Sequence record: NC_048747.1
Direction: 5' to 3' (one strand)
DNA length: 64,000 bases
Made by a program: the position numbers and the translations under genes
The notes under the pieces: generated by a model
Databases searched by the model: none
Told to the model about the DNA's origin: nothing
Seen by the model: only the letters and a program-made list of their open reading frames with translations
Part shown: positions 9,200-17,764 of the stretch, one piece after another
How positions within the stretch are numbered: position 1 is the first letter of the stretch
How the letters are laid out: each line of letters starts with the position of its first letter

Positions 9200-10052
9200 T
9201 AATGATACTCCGGTTCTTAGGTTTCATGCCTTCGTAATACATGCGGTAGATCGTTTCGGCGATCTCACCCACTAGAATATTGCCGTCTTTGTTTTTGTCC
9301 AAACCACGGTTTTGACGATAACCAACACTGCCTTCTTGGAATAAAACTTCGTCTAGAGCTTTACCCACGTAAGCCGGATAGAGAACGCTCAAGTAAAAGT
9401 CTTCTAGATTACGCATCGGTTTACGACGAGCACGCATGTCGAAGTAAGGCAACACACATTTCTCTAGTTGTTCGATTTGACCCATCTTACGGATTTCGTC
9501 TAACTTGAATCCTAGGTCTTGTGCGGCTGGTGCCATGAACTGTATTAGACCAAAGGCTTGACTACCTGCTGCGTTTTGAATAGAAGGGTCGAAAGTACGA
9601 CCTGATTCAAATGCCATGATCGACATTACGTAGTCACCAACGTGGTGTTCGTAACCACGAGCTTCTACCCACTCTTTAACAATGCGAGTGAATTCAGGAC
9701 AGACTCGTTCAGACCAAGCCAGATCTAAATCAGGTTGACCGTTAAAGCGACGGCTCGCCAGTACTAGGTTGTCTAGAGCTGCTTGACTACCTTTCCCCCA
9801 GATACCGTCCACACGACCGATGTAGAAGCCTGTTAGTTGAGCATTACGTTGGAATCCCTTCACTACGTCAATGGCTTTTGACCATGCCGGGATGTCCACT
9901 AGTTCTTCTTTACTTGCAACGACATTAAAAAGACCAAGGGCAGCCATACGGCTACCCTTACCCCAAATGCCGTCAATGCTGCTGTTGTACGTTCCAGCAA
10001 TTAGACAACCTAACTGGATACGTTTTACAGCGCCAATTAACGCGAATGACAT
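9192..10052 (-). CDS. Modular endolysin: peptidoglycan-binding repeats + lysozyme-like lytic transglycosylase domain
   Basis: Two DGIWGKGS PG-binding motifs; catalytic-type MAFESG followed by AFGLIQFM. Confidence 0.8.
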   Translation of the reverse strand: MSFALIGAVKRIQLGCLIAGTYNSSIDGIWGKGSRMAALGLFNVVASKEELVDIPAWSKAIDVVKGFQRNAQLTGFYIGRVDGIWGKGSQAALDNLVLASRRFNGQPDLDLAWSERVCPEFTRIVKEWVEARGYEHHVGDYVMSIMAFESGRTFDPSIQNAAGSQAFGLIQFMAPAAQDLGFKLDEIRKMGQIEQLEKCVLPYFDMRARRKPMRNLEDFYLSVLYPAYVGKALDEVLFQEGSVGYRQNRGLDKNKDGNILVGEIAETIYRMYYEGMKPKNRSIINE

Positions 10053-10054
10053 TT

Positions 10055-13000
10055 TTAATTACCTCGATAGATATCGATCATTTGTTTTGTTGAGTGAGTA
10101 ACTAACTCGTTAGTTACCAGTTTGTCACGAAGACTAAGTACCATTCGGTTGAACAGAGATTTGAAAGAGAACAGGATTTGAATCTTGCGACCATCTTTCG
10201 TAAAGTACTCGTTCGGGAAGATGTTCCCAACCGTACCTTTCATCTGGTTACCAATAACGAACTTATCAACGGTGGAGGTTTCAATGAACTCTTCCACAAA
10301 GACTTCGATAGAGACTTGTCCCGGCTCAAGAGATTCACGCATACCACGGCTGCCTGCCACGTTACCTGTAACAATACCGTCACCAGTAATAGCTGCTGCA
10401 CGTTTACGTAAGCGGTCGTGTTTAGCCACGAACTTACGTAATGGTTCTGACATGTCTTCTAAGTTACCGTTATAGCGAACATCGATCTTCACTACCTTAC
10501 CATGGTGATTACTTTTCTCTTGACGAGTTCCCATGCGGTCCAGAACACCGAAATCATCTTCAGGATCTTCTTCTACACCAACCAAGGACGCATCCTCGAT
10601 GTGACATAAAATCGTATCGTAGTCTACTTCATCACCAATATCCACGTGCATCTTCAGACCTTGGTCAAAGGCTAAGTAGAACTTATTACCCAAGATGTAG
10701 GATGTTTTGGTTTCTTCTGCAAACTCTTTAGAGATTTCGATTGAGTCTTCGAACGTGAACTGGTTCTCGATAAGTGCAATACGAGTCATCACACCACACT
10801 TCCAAACTACTTGGCGTGGGTTAGCGACATCACGTTGGAAGTAGACTTCATCCCAACCGAGAATCTCACCCGCTTTGAAAGTATCTCCAGCGATTAAATC
10901 CGTGACACGATTATGTCGGTGGACTTCACCTGCCGCGTCACCTAACTTGATACCCAATGGGTAGGTATCGATAGTCCCATCTTCGTATTCAAGTTTAATG
11001 CCTTCCGAAGTTACTTCTAAAACCTTGCCGTCTTGTTTAGCGGGTTTAGAGTAAAGTTCCGAAGTACGGTGAGCAACCACCAAGTCGTAAGGAGAACGCA
11101 TGATGTTAGGTGTGTAGTTAACCGCACTGGTACCCTGTGAGTGCTGGACTCCTGAGAAGAGGGTTCGTTTAGGGTCATCTTTGTTTGCTCCCGGCATGAG
11201 GTTCATAGTAACTGAACCTAAACCAGCGTTACCCACATCACGACTCAAATCCACGTTACCACGGAAATCAGCAATCTTAGGGTTTGACGTAGTGTAAGTT
11301 ACGTAACCTACTTTACTCGAGTCTTTACCGGCTTCAGAGATCACCCCTTTGTAAGTTGGTAACTGACCGCGAGTACGACGAACCATCGATACATCGTTAC
11401 GACCGTTATTACCACCAAAGGTAACCGTTTCTTGCTCCTTCAACTCATGGGCAGGGTTAACTTCCTGTACCATGTCAACAGCCGTGTCTTTCAAACACGC
11501 TTCCATCATCACTGACTCAGGATTCAGGTCAAACGTAGCACGACCATCCATTGCCTTACTCCAATACTGGCGGGCAGACGATGTCATCTGGTGATAAATA
11601 GAACCAGCGAAAGATTCGTAACCAATGAAACGTTGCTCCTTGATCTCGACTTCATGTTCGTGCTGTTCAGTGCGTAGCATCTCCGTCGCTTCAATTAACA
11701 AGTAATCAAAACTGGTAGCGTGACCTAAACGTTTCAGTTCATCTCGTGTAATTGGGTCGATGAACATGTCGAACATGTTAGTCATCTCTTGGAAGTGAGA
11801 TGGTTTGACTTTCGGGTTATCGATGGCGGTTACCCAGATACCTGGGTCGTTCATATCCACGCGGTTAAAGGAGTGTAAGTTATTTAACTTAGTCATCCCA
11901 CCAAACACCAATGAGGTCATTGGGTCACGTCGATTGAATACCAGGGTTTCGTCAGCACAACGTAAAGCAAACTCATCTGCTTCTAACTTAACTCGAGTCC
12001 CACCCGGAATCACCTTAGGTTCAACCTTAAGGATCTTCAACAGTTCATCAAAACCAAAGTAGTAACTCAACACCACACCCATTGGGAAACGGTAACCATT
12101 AATGTTAACGTTCGCCGTATCCATCGGTGCTTTCTTAATATCGATACCTAAGTAAGCTTCAATAGGACCTAGGTCTTCTTTACCTGCTTTTAAGTTACCG
12201 TATTCGTCAATGGTTACTGGGGTCTTACCTTTGAAACCAATGACTGCTGAAGTTGGAGTGAGTTTCGATTCCAAAGCTGGATCACGTTTAATGATCTCTT
12301 TGACATCAAACACAAACTCAACGTCTTTAGTATTGATTCCTTTAAAGCGACGAGATAATGCGGTAAATGTGCGAGGAAGAGCAAACTGGTTACTGTAGGT
12401 GTTACCTACGAATAATTCAAAGTCATCCTTCAATGCACGTTTACGGACCTGTTTAGACAACCAGAGGTCATAATCGTCCGCAGCCATTTTAGAACGACTG
12501 ATGATCAGTTTGCGACCATAGTAAGAGTTCAAACCAACTCGGTAGTCATCCATCTTACGAATAGGTAAGTCCATGCGTTGTAAAGCTTTGGTTCGCTTCT
12601 TACCGTCTACGGTAAATGTACCATCCTTATTAACACGAGCAATACGGAAGTAACGTGTAACCGGTTTACCGCCTACTGGATGGAACTGAACCTTAAACAC
12701 GTCATACGTACCGTCAACGTTGTGCACGGTTTCTTGTTCAAAGTTGGTTACACAAATACCCGCTTGCTGTACTGCGATGATGGCATTCACCATGTCACGC
12801 ATCATGAAGTGTTCTACGTAACCATTCTTCAAGTGAGTAACGGTAGACTGAAGATAAGACGGGTCTTGAACACCAACCATTTCTGGAGCCACTTTACTTG
12901 GCAAGTCGCGCAACAGTTTCTCGTCAATACGCATGAACTCTTCTAAAGTCTGACCATTCGGCATAGCGAGATCTTTATAGCGTTCCGCTTGACGTAGGAA

Positions 13001-14416
13001 AAAGTCTTGTTGAGACTTAGTCAACTGACCGTCACGCGCCTTTCGTTCAATAGCTCGGCGGATACCCGCCTCTGGGGATTCATCCACCATACGACTATGA
13101 CTGGTTGGTTGGAGTACTTCTTCCGTCACGAACTCGCCGTCATCTATATCGTCGGTCCAGCTTTCGACAGTTTCTTGAGATCCAGTTGTTTCTGAATCTG
13201 ATCCTGCACCACTTCCGCGTGGTTCTTCTCCTGACTGTCCAGGAAGTCCATCAACGTCAGTTTTACGTCCATTGAGAAAATCATTGAACAAATCAGAATC
13301 ATCAGCAGAATCCAGGTCGGTAATCTCCTCACCAAGTTCTTCTTCTTCGGATTCATGTGACCCGATCGGTCCATCCCCGTTTTCTTTTGTACTAGCCTCT
13401 TTAGACGTTGTGTCATCGTCATGTTGTTCTACCTCCTCTACGTTAGCTTGAGCGATCATTCGCATGAACACTGCTAAAGTACGTTTCACAGCGTTTTGTC
13501 GCTGAGAGGTATTGTAATCGATTTGTTCTTCTCCGTCAACCTTTGTGACCTTGTTTAATTCATCTAACCAAGAACGCAATAAGCCAGGTTTTAAGATTAC
13601 CGCTTTACCGTGTTTAGTGAACACGATGTTGAGACGTTCTAAGGCGTCGTCACTCAGGCGGTTGAACAAAGAGTATTCGTATTTACCACTCAGCCAAGCA
13701 AACCAGTCTAATAACCAGAAAGCCCCTGTGCGTTTTAAATCTCGAATAGCTTGGTCGTTAGGACCGGTGAATTCCAGTTCCCCTTCTTTATTCGTTTCAA
13801 AGCACTTTTCGTAATGACGGAAATACTCAGTAAACTTAGTAAAGATAGGGACTTGGTTAGGTAACTCCATACGGAAGAACAGTTGACGTTTATTGCCTTC
13901 CGCATTTTGATTAACTACGTCTAACAGACTTGCTAACTGGTTATAGCTCTTATCAAAGGCCAGGAAGCGGTTAGGGACGTAGTTCCACTTTAACACACCC
14001 AATGCGTTGTTAACAACAACAAGTTCCTTAGAACGCCCCATAGGGGTCTTAATGTTGCGTGCGTATTTGTAGCGATAGTGTCCGTTACGATATTTCTGAA
14101 TTTGTTTGCGCTCATCCAGAGGAGCAGGTCTTGCTTTACCTGATTCAATCACGTAATGACTATCGAACCCGATGTTAACCACATCAGGATAGTTATTGAT
14201 CAAAGGCTCGTGGTTACTAGGACCTAAGTCATTATTGTGTTTAGGGTAATAAAAGAGAATTGAATCACGTGGGAGTTCAATATCACTTAGGGAATGGAAC
14301 GCAGGATTCGTTAAATCGTTTTTACGACGAAGCACGTACTCTTTGAAAAACAAAGGATACATTGCTTCTAATCCATCTACTACTTCACCTAAGTAAAAAG
14401 GTTGTTGGTCTTGCAT
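10055..14416 (-). CDS. rpoB: Virion RNA polymerase beta subunit, N-terminal/major part (phiKZ gp178-like)
   Basis: FTFEDSIEIS (bacterial YNFEDS) and DKFVIGNQMKG (bacterial DKMAGRHGNKG, both catalytic Lys); acidic insert at about aa 325-445. Confidence 0.9.
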   Translation of the reverse strand: MQDQQPFYLGEVVDGLEAMYPLFFKEYVLRRKNDLTNPAFHSLSDIELPRDSILFYYPKHNNDLGPSNHEPLINNYPDVVNIGFDSHYVIESGKARPAPLDERKQIQKYRNGHYRYKYARNIKTPMGRSKELVVVNNALGVLKWNYVPNRFLAFDKSYNQLASLLDVVNQNAEGNKRQLFFRMELPNQVPIFTKFTEYFRHYEKCFETNKEGELEFTGPNDQAIRDLKRTGAFWLLDWFAWLSGKYEYSLFNRLSDDALERLNIVFTKHGKAVILKPGLLRSWLDELNKVTKVDGEEQIDYNTSQRQNAVKRTLAVFMRMIAQANVEEVEQHDDDTTSKEASTKENGDGPIGSHESEEEELGEEITDLDSADDSDLFNDFLNGRKTDVDGLPGQSGEEPRGSGAGSDSETTGSQETVESWTDDIDDGEFVTEEVLQPTSHSRMVDESPEAGIRRAIERKARDGQLTKSQQDFFLRQAERYKDLAMPNGQTLEEFMRIDEKLLRDLPSKVAPEMVGVQDPSYLQSTVTHLKNGYVEHFMMRDMVNAIIAVQQAGICVTNFEQETVHNVDGTYDVFKVQFHPVGGKPVTRYFRIARVNKDGTFTVDGKKRTKALQRMDLPIRKMDDYRVGLNSYYGRKLIISRSKMAADDYDLWLSKQVRKRALKDDFELFVGNTYSNQFALPRTFTALSRRFKGINTKDVEFVFDVKEIIKRDPALESKLTPTSAVIGFKGKTPVTIDEYGNLKAGKEDLGPIEAYLGIDIKKAPMDTANVNINGYRFPMGVVLSYYFGFDELLKILKVEPKVIPGGTRVKLEADEFALRCADETLVFNRRDPMTSLVFGGMTKLNNLHSFNRVDMNDPGIWVTAIDNPKVKPSHFQEMTNMFDMFIDPITRDELKRLGHATSFDYLLIEATEMLRTEQHEHEVEIKEQRFIGYESFAGSIYHQMTSSARQYWSKAMDGRATFDLNPESVMMEACLKDTAVDMVQEVNPAHELKEQETVTFGGNNGRNDVSMVRRTRGQLPTYKGVISEAGKDSSKVGYVTYTTSNPKIADFRGNVDLSRDVGNAGLGSVTMNLMPGANKDDPKRTLFSGVQHSQGTSAVNYTPNIMRSPYDLVVAHRTSELYSKPAKQDGKVLEVTSEGIKLEYEDGTIDTYPLGIKLGDAAGEVHRHNRVTDLIAGDTFKAGEILGWDEVYFQRDVANPRQVVWKCGVMTRIALIENQFTFEDSIEISKEFAEETKTSYILGNKFYLAFDQGLKMHVDIGDEVDYDTILCHIEDASLVGVEEDPEDDFGVLDRMGTRQEKSNHHGKVVKIDVRYNGNLEDMSEPLRKFVAKHDRLRKRAAAITGDGIVTGNVAGSRGMRESLEPGQVSIEVFVEEFIETSTVDKFVIGNQMKGTVGNIFPNEYFTKDGRKIQILFSFKSLFNRMVLSLRDKLVTNELVTHSTKQMIDIYRGN

Positions 14417-14418
14417 GT

Positions 14419-14595
14419 TTACTCCAAGCCGCTAGTTAGAGCGCGTAATAAGAATTCGTGAGGCTCAACAATTGGTTCGTATAAGAACGACCCTGTACCA
14501 GTGATGTAGTAACTACGTTCACCCATACGTTTCAACGCTTGCTTAATCGAATCTTCTGCCTCAATACCATTACTGTTCAATTGGTCACCATCATA
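14419..14595 (-). CDS. rpoC: Exon 2 of virion RNAP beta' N/catalytic subunit (58 aa); not in ORF track
   Basis: YDGDQLNSNGIEAEDSIKQALKRMGERSYYITGTGSFLYEPIVEPHEFLLRALTSGLE*; joined to exon 1 it gives GGD-YDGD; stop is 2 nt from the beta ATG. Confidence 0.9.
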   Translation of the reverse strand, partial: YDGDQLNSNGIEAEDSIKQALKRMGERSYYITGTGSFLYEPIVEPHEFLLRALTSGLE

Positions 14596-16312
14596 CGGAT
14601 ATGTTCAGTGCGCCTTTGCACCCGGTAATTTAATACCTGCTCTGGGATTTCCCCAGATGCCCAGACTATATCTTCGCCATAGGTCTTAGACCCTTAGGCA
14701 TCCCACACTTCCCCCAACATCGGCTAGGTGTTGGAGTACAGGCTGGCTAAGCCTTAGTCGTTGAACTTTCCCCGTACCCGAAGGTCCTTAGGGGAGTAGC
14801 TGCTAGATCACCCATTATTAGAGCCCTTAGTGTTATTGTTTAACTTAGGCTATCTGCTGTGTTATTTCTGCCTTTCGGCACCGTCAGATCGTTTTGTGAA
14901 CCCTTTCAGGTCATCTTGTGGTCTCAGCAGCTTTAGGGACTCCCAGCAATTCACGGGAATACGCATTAGGACTTTCGTGCCTAATGGGACTTGAATTAGT
15001 TCAAGGTTTTAATTAAATAACGTTGTTTATACTTTCTCTTTTCTCGAACTACGAAGGTAATAGTTCTAGAATTTATATCAGGGATGATTTGGATTAATTC
15101 TTTTTTACCATAACAGATGTGGGTTTTATTTTTTGCAAGGTCCTGTATTTCATAGACCTTTGTCGTGGGTTGCAACCCCCTACGATAAATTTCTTTGTCG
15201 TAGTCGGTAGGTGTGTTCCATGAGTCACCCGGTTTTCTAAAGATATGCCACTGCACAATTCCGGAAGTCTTGTTCTCCAAAACCTTTCGTATCGTTCCTC
15301 TCCCCCCACCGTTATTTTTTATAAACTCGTCGACGTTTCGCCATTTAAAAACTTCACCGGTTTTTAAATTCATGCTTTCAAAGTTAGTGTACTTAACTTT
15401 CTTTAAATCTAACAATTCTTCAAAGGTTGTGTTATCGGAAGTCGCCTTGATAACGTACCTCCCTTTATAAGTCTTATTAGGGGTATTGAAAGCGTTTATT
15501 ACACAAGTGGGATTTACTCCTAACACGTTTGCAAAGTTAGAAAGACTCGGATAAGAAGATGAGTTTTTTGTTAACTTATCATAAACATCAACAGAAATAA
15601 CCTGTTTATTATTTCCATCCTTATACGCACCTTTCATCATATTCTCATATGGGGTCAACCATTGCAGGTTAAGTTGGGAGAAATCTTGTTTGTCACCATT
15701 TTTGTGATCGACGTGCATGTTTGGGTAATCTTCAGGTGGGTCGCAGAATGTCAACCCTATTAAACGGTGTGTCAATAACCTATTATCTTTATTAACAACA
15801 TCACATCTCGTAAAAGGGTAAAAATTAGAATTATCTTCACCTTCCTTACCAAGATAGGGTAAACGGTACCGATCTTTCTTAAGCTGGTAAACTTCACCTT
15901 TAGAGTTAATGACATTTAACTCTTCCCCAGGGATAAAGTAAAAACCCTTTATACTTGGGTGTTCTATTTTTTCTTTATAGTACGGAAAAAGGTTAGTGGG
16001 GGTAAAGTTCAGTTTATCTTTGTCTTTAAAGACAACTTTCATCTTATCCCAGTACTCTCTAGGTAAATAACACCTATTCCAATATTCCATGATTGCTTTA
16101 CCTAAAAACACCTTCACACCTGATTCAATGAAAAAGGTTCCTTCGGAAAGGTCTTCAAATAAAACCACTTCTTTATTTTCACGATATAAATTCAAATCAT
16201 CTTTTAAAGTATATTCACGCGCATTAAATTTAAAATTCACTTCCATTACCAGCTCCTTATTTTAACGTTTGTTATAAAATAAGTTAGGTAAGGACTTGAC
16301 ACTAATTCCTTA
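14596..16312 (-). mobile_element. Group I self-splicing intron (1717 nt, IA-like) carrying an HNH homing endonuclease
   Basis: 5' exon ends in U and the intron ends in G. P1 is AU|UAA-GGAA-UUAGU with a U.G wobble at the splice site. Conserved elements: P AATTGCTGGGA (14941-14951), R GTTCAACGACTA (14755-14766), S AAGATATAGTCT (14663-14674), with P7 GACTA/TAGTC. Splicing restores the frame. Confidence 0.92.
14996..16246 (-). CDS. Intron-encoded HNH homing endonuclease
   Basis: THRLIG...HVDHKNGDKQD...NLQWLTPYENM HNH motif; NUMOD4-like segment before it; three short NUMOD1-like C-terminal repeats; AAGGAG RBS; visibly more AT-rich than the flanks. Confidence 0.88.
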   Translation of the reverse strand: MEVNFKFNAREYTLKDDLNLYRENKEVVLFEDLSEGTFFIESGVKVFLGKAIMEYWNRCYLPREYWDKMKVVFKDKDKLNFTPTNLFPYYKEKIEHPSIKGFYFIPGEELNVINSKGEVYQLKKDRYRLPYLGKEGEDNSNFYPFTRCDVVNKDNRLLTHRLIGLTFCDPPEDYPNMHVDHKNGDKQDFSQLNLQWLTPYENMMKGAYKDGNNKQVISVDVYDKLTKNSSSYPSLSNFANVLGVNPTCVINAFNTPNKTYKGRYVIKATSDNTTFEELLDLKKVKYTNFESMNLKTGEVFKWRNVDEFIKNNGGGRGTIRKVLENKTSGIVQWHIFRKPGDSWNTPTDYDKEIYRRGLQPTTKVYEIQDLAKNKTHICYGKKELIQIIPDINSRTITFVVREKRKYKQRYLIKTLN

Positions 16313-17743
16313 ATCGCCACCTAGGCGTTCTAGCCGGGAACCATCGACCGACATTGCATCGAAGTAACTCGGACGACCTGTCAGTATTGGGTAGTTGTTT
16401 AGACGTTTGTCTTCTTCCCAGAACTCATCCAGAAGAACACGAGGTTTGGACTGAATCGTAGTACGGAGATTGATCTTAGAAGGATAGATAGAACCCACAC
16501 CAGTAATCGGGTAACGAGTGATTTGACTCATTCTCGATTCGATCAAGTTACCGCAACTGATGTAGAACAACTCCATGTAAGTTAAAGGACGGAGATGTTT
16601 AGGATCGCGATCACCAATTTCGGATTTATCACCAACAATCTTAACCGTTTCACCGTCATCATAAATGAGACCCATGTAGAGTCCTTCAATCATGATCGGT
16701 TTAGCTCGCAGGTGACTGTCTTTGAATCCGTTAAATAAACGGGTTAATCCTTCAGGAGTCATCCATTTGTCAACAATCTTAGTGTCGACTTCTTTGTACT
16801 CGTATTCGAAGGTTTTCGGGTTAACCAACTTAGCAAGGTTGGAACCAATAGTGAAGACGTTTTGCACCCAACCATTTAACATCCCATAACGACATGTGTA
16901 CTGGAACTCCAGCATGGCTTGATACAAACCGATGTCCGTGGTATTAACGTCGACGTTATTCGGAGCATCTGCATCTTCCACCGATACGTGGCGAGCTGAG
17001 ATGACGTTACGAGTACCACCAACCACACCACGAGTTGCGACACGTTTCTGCCAGAAACCCGTCTTACCTTTCATCAACCCTTGGATGTAAGTGTCGATGT
17101 CATTGAAGTTGGACTGAGCGCCCCAACGTAAGTTATCGTAAACAGGAGAGTTCTCTTCACCATCCCCGACTACCACAGCTTTGGTACGGAATAACAGTTT
17201 ACGGTAGTATTCGTTAATCTCTGGCTCGATAGTACGATCATCCGGAGAGAACTGCACGTCACGTAAACCTGCCGGGATAACGATCACTTTATTGCAGAGT
17301 GCTTGAGGGCGATAAGTGTGGAACAGTTCGATCTTCTTTTTACGACGGAAAGATTCCGTTAACTTCGGCTCTAACTCATTGAAGTATTGCATGAAGAAAC
17401 TATAACCGGTCTCTCCGTCCAACAAGTTGGATTTTATGAAGTCTTTAGTCTCGCTATCCCAGACGGCGTATTCCGTCCCTTTGATTATACCCAAGTATAA
17501 AGATTTGAGTGTAATCATGGCTTTGAAATACGTAGGGTTAAAGATAGGTAGTTTAACGTCAATGTAAGATAACTTACGATCACGTTCCGCACTACCAACA
17601 CGTCCGAAGGTTTCTACCGAATATAACCCGTCTGGGTGCAGACTGGTAGAAGAACCCTCGTTTACATCCGCTGAGGACACGGGTCTCATCAGCGACCAAG
17701 CGATCTTGCTTGGGTTTAATAAAGAAACGTTAGTCGGTTTCAT
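16313..17743 (-). CDS. rpoC: Exon 1 of virion RNAP beta' N/catalytic subunit (phiKZ gp180-like); spliced product 535 aa
   Basis: HPDGLYSVETFG (DGLFCARIFG), VIPAGLRDV (VLPPDLRPL), MKGKTGFW (KGKQGRFR), RYP; ends at the first Asp of DxDGD. Confidence 0.9.
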
Positions 17744-17764
17744 AATACACCATGAGGTTTCAAA

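Noticed and set aside
14417-14995. Apparent 580-bp non-coding gap, possibly an independent ncRNA
   Set aside because: Fully explained by exon 2 plus the intron catalytic core
16310-17743. ORF track shows a complete 477-aa gene, which could be read as a truncated RNAP pseudogene
   Set aside because: The stop codon is the first three bases of a group I intron; an in-frame second exon completes the catalytic motif
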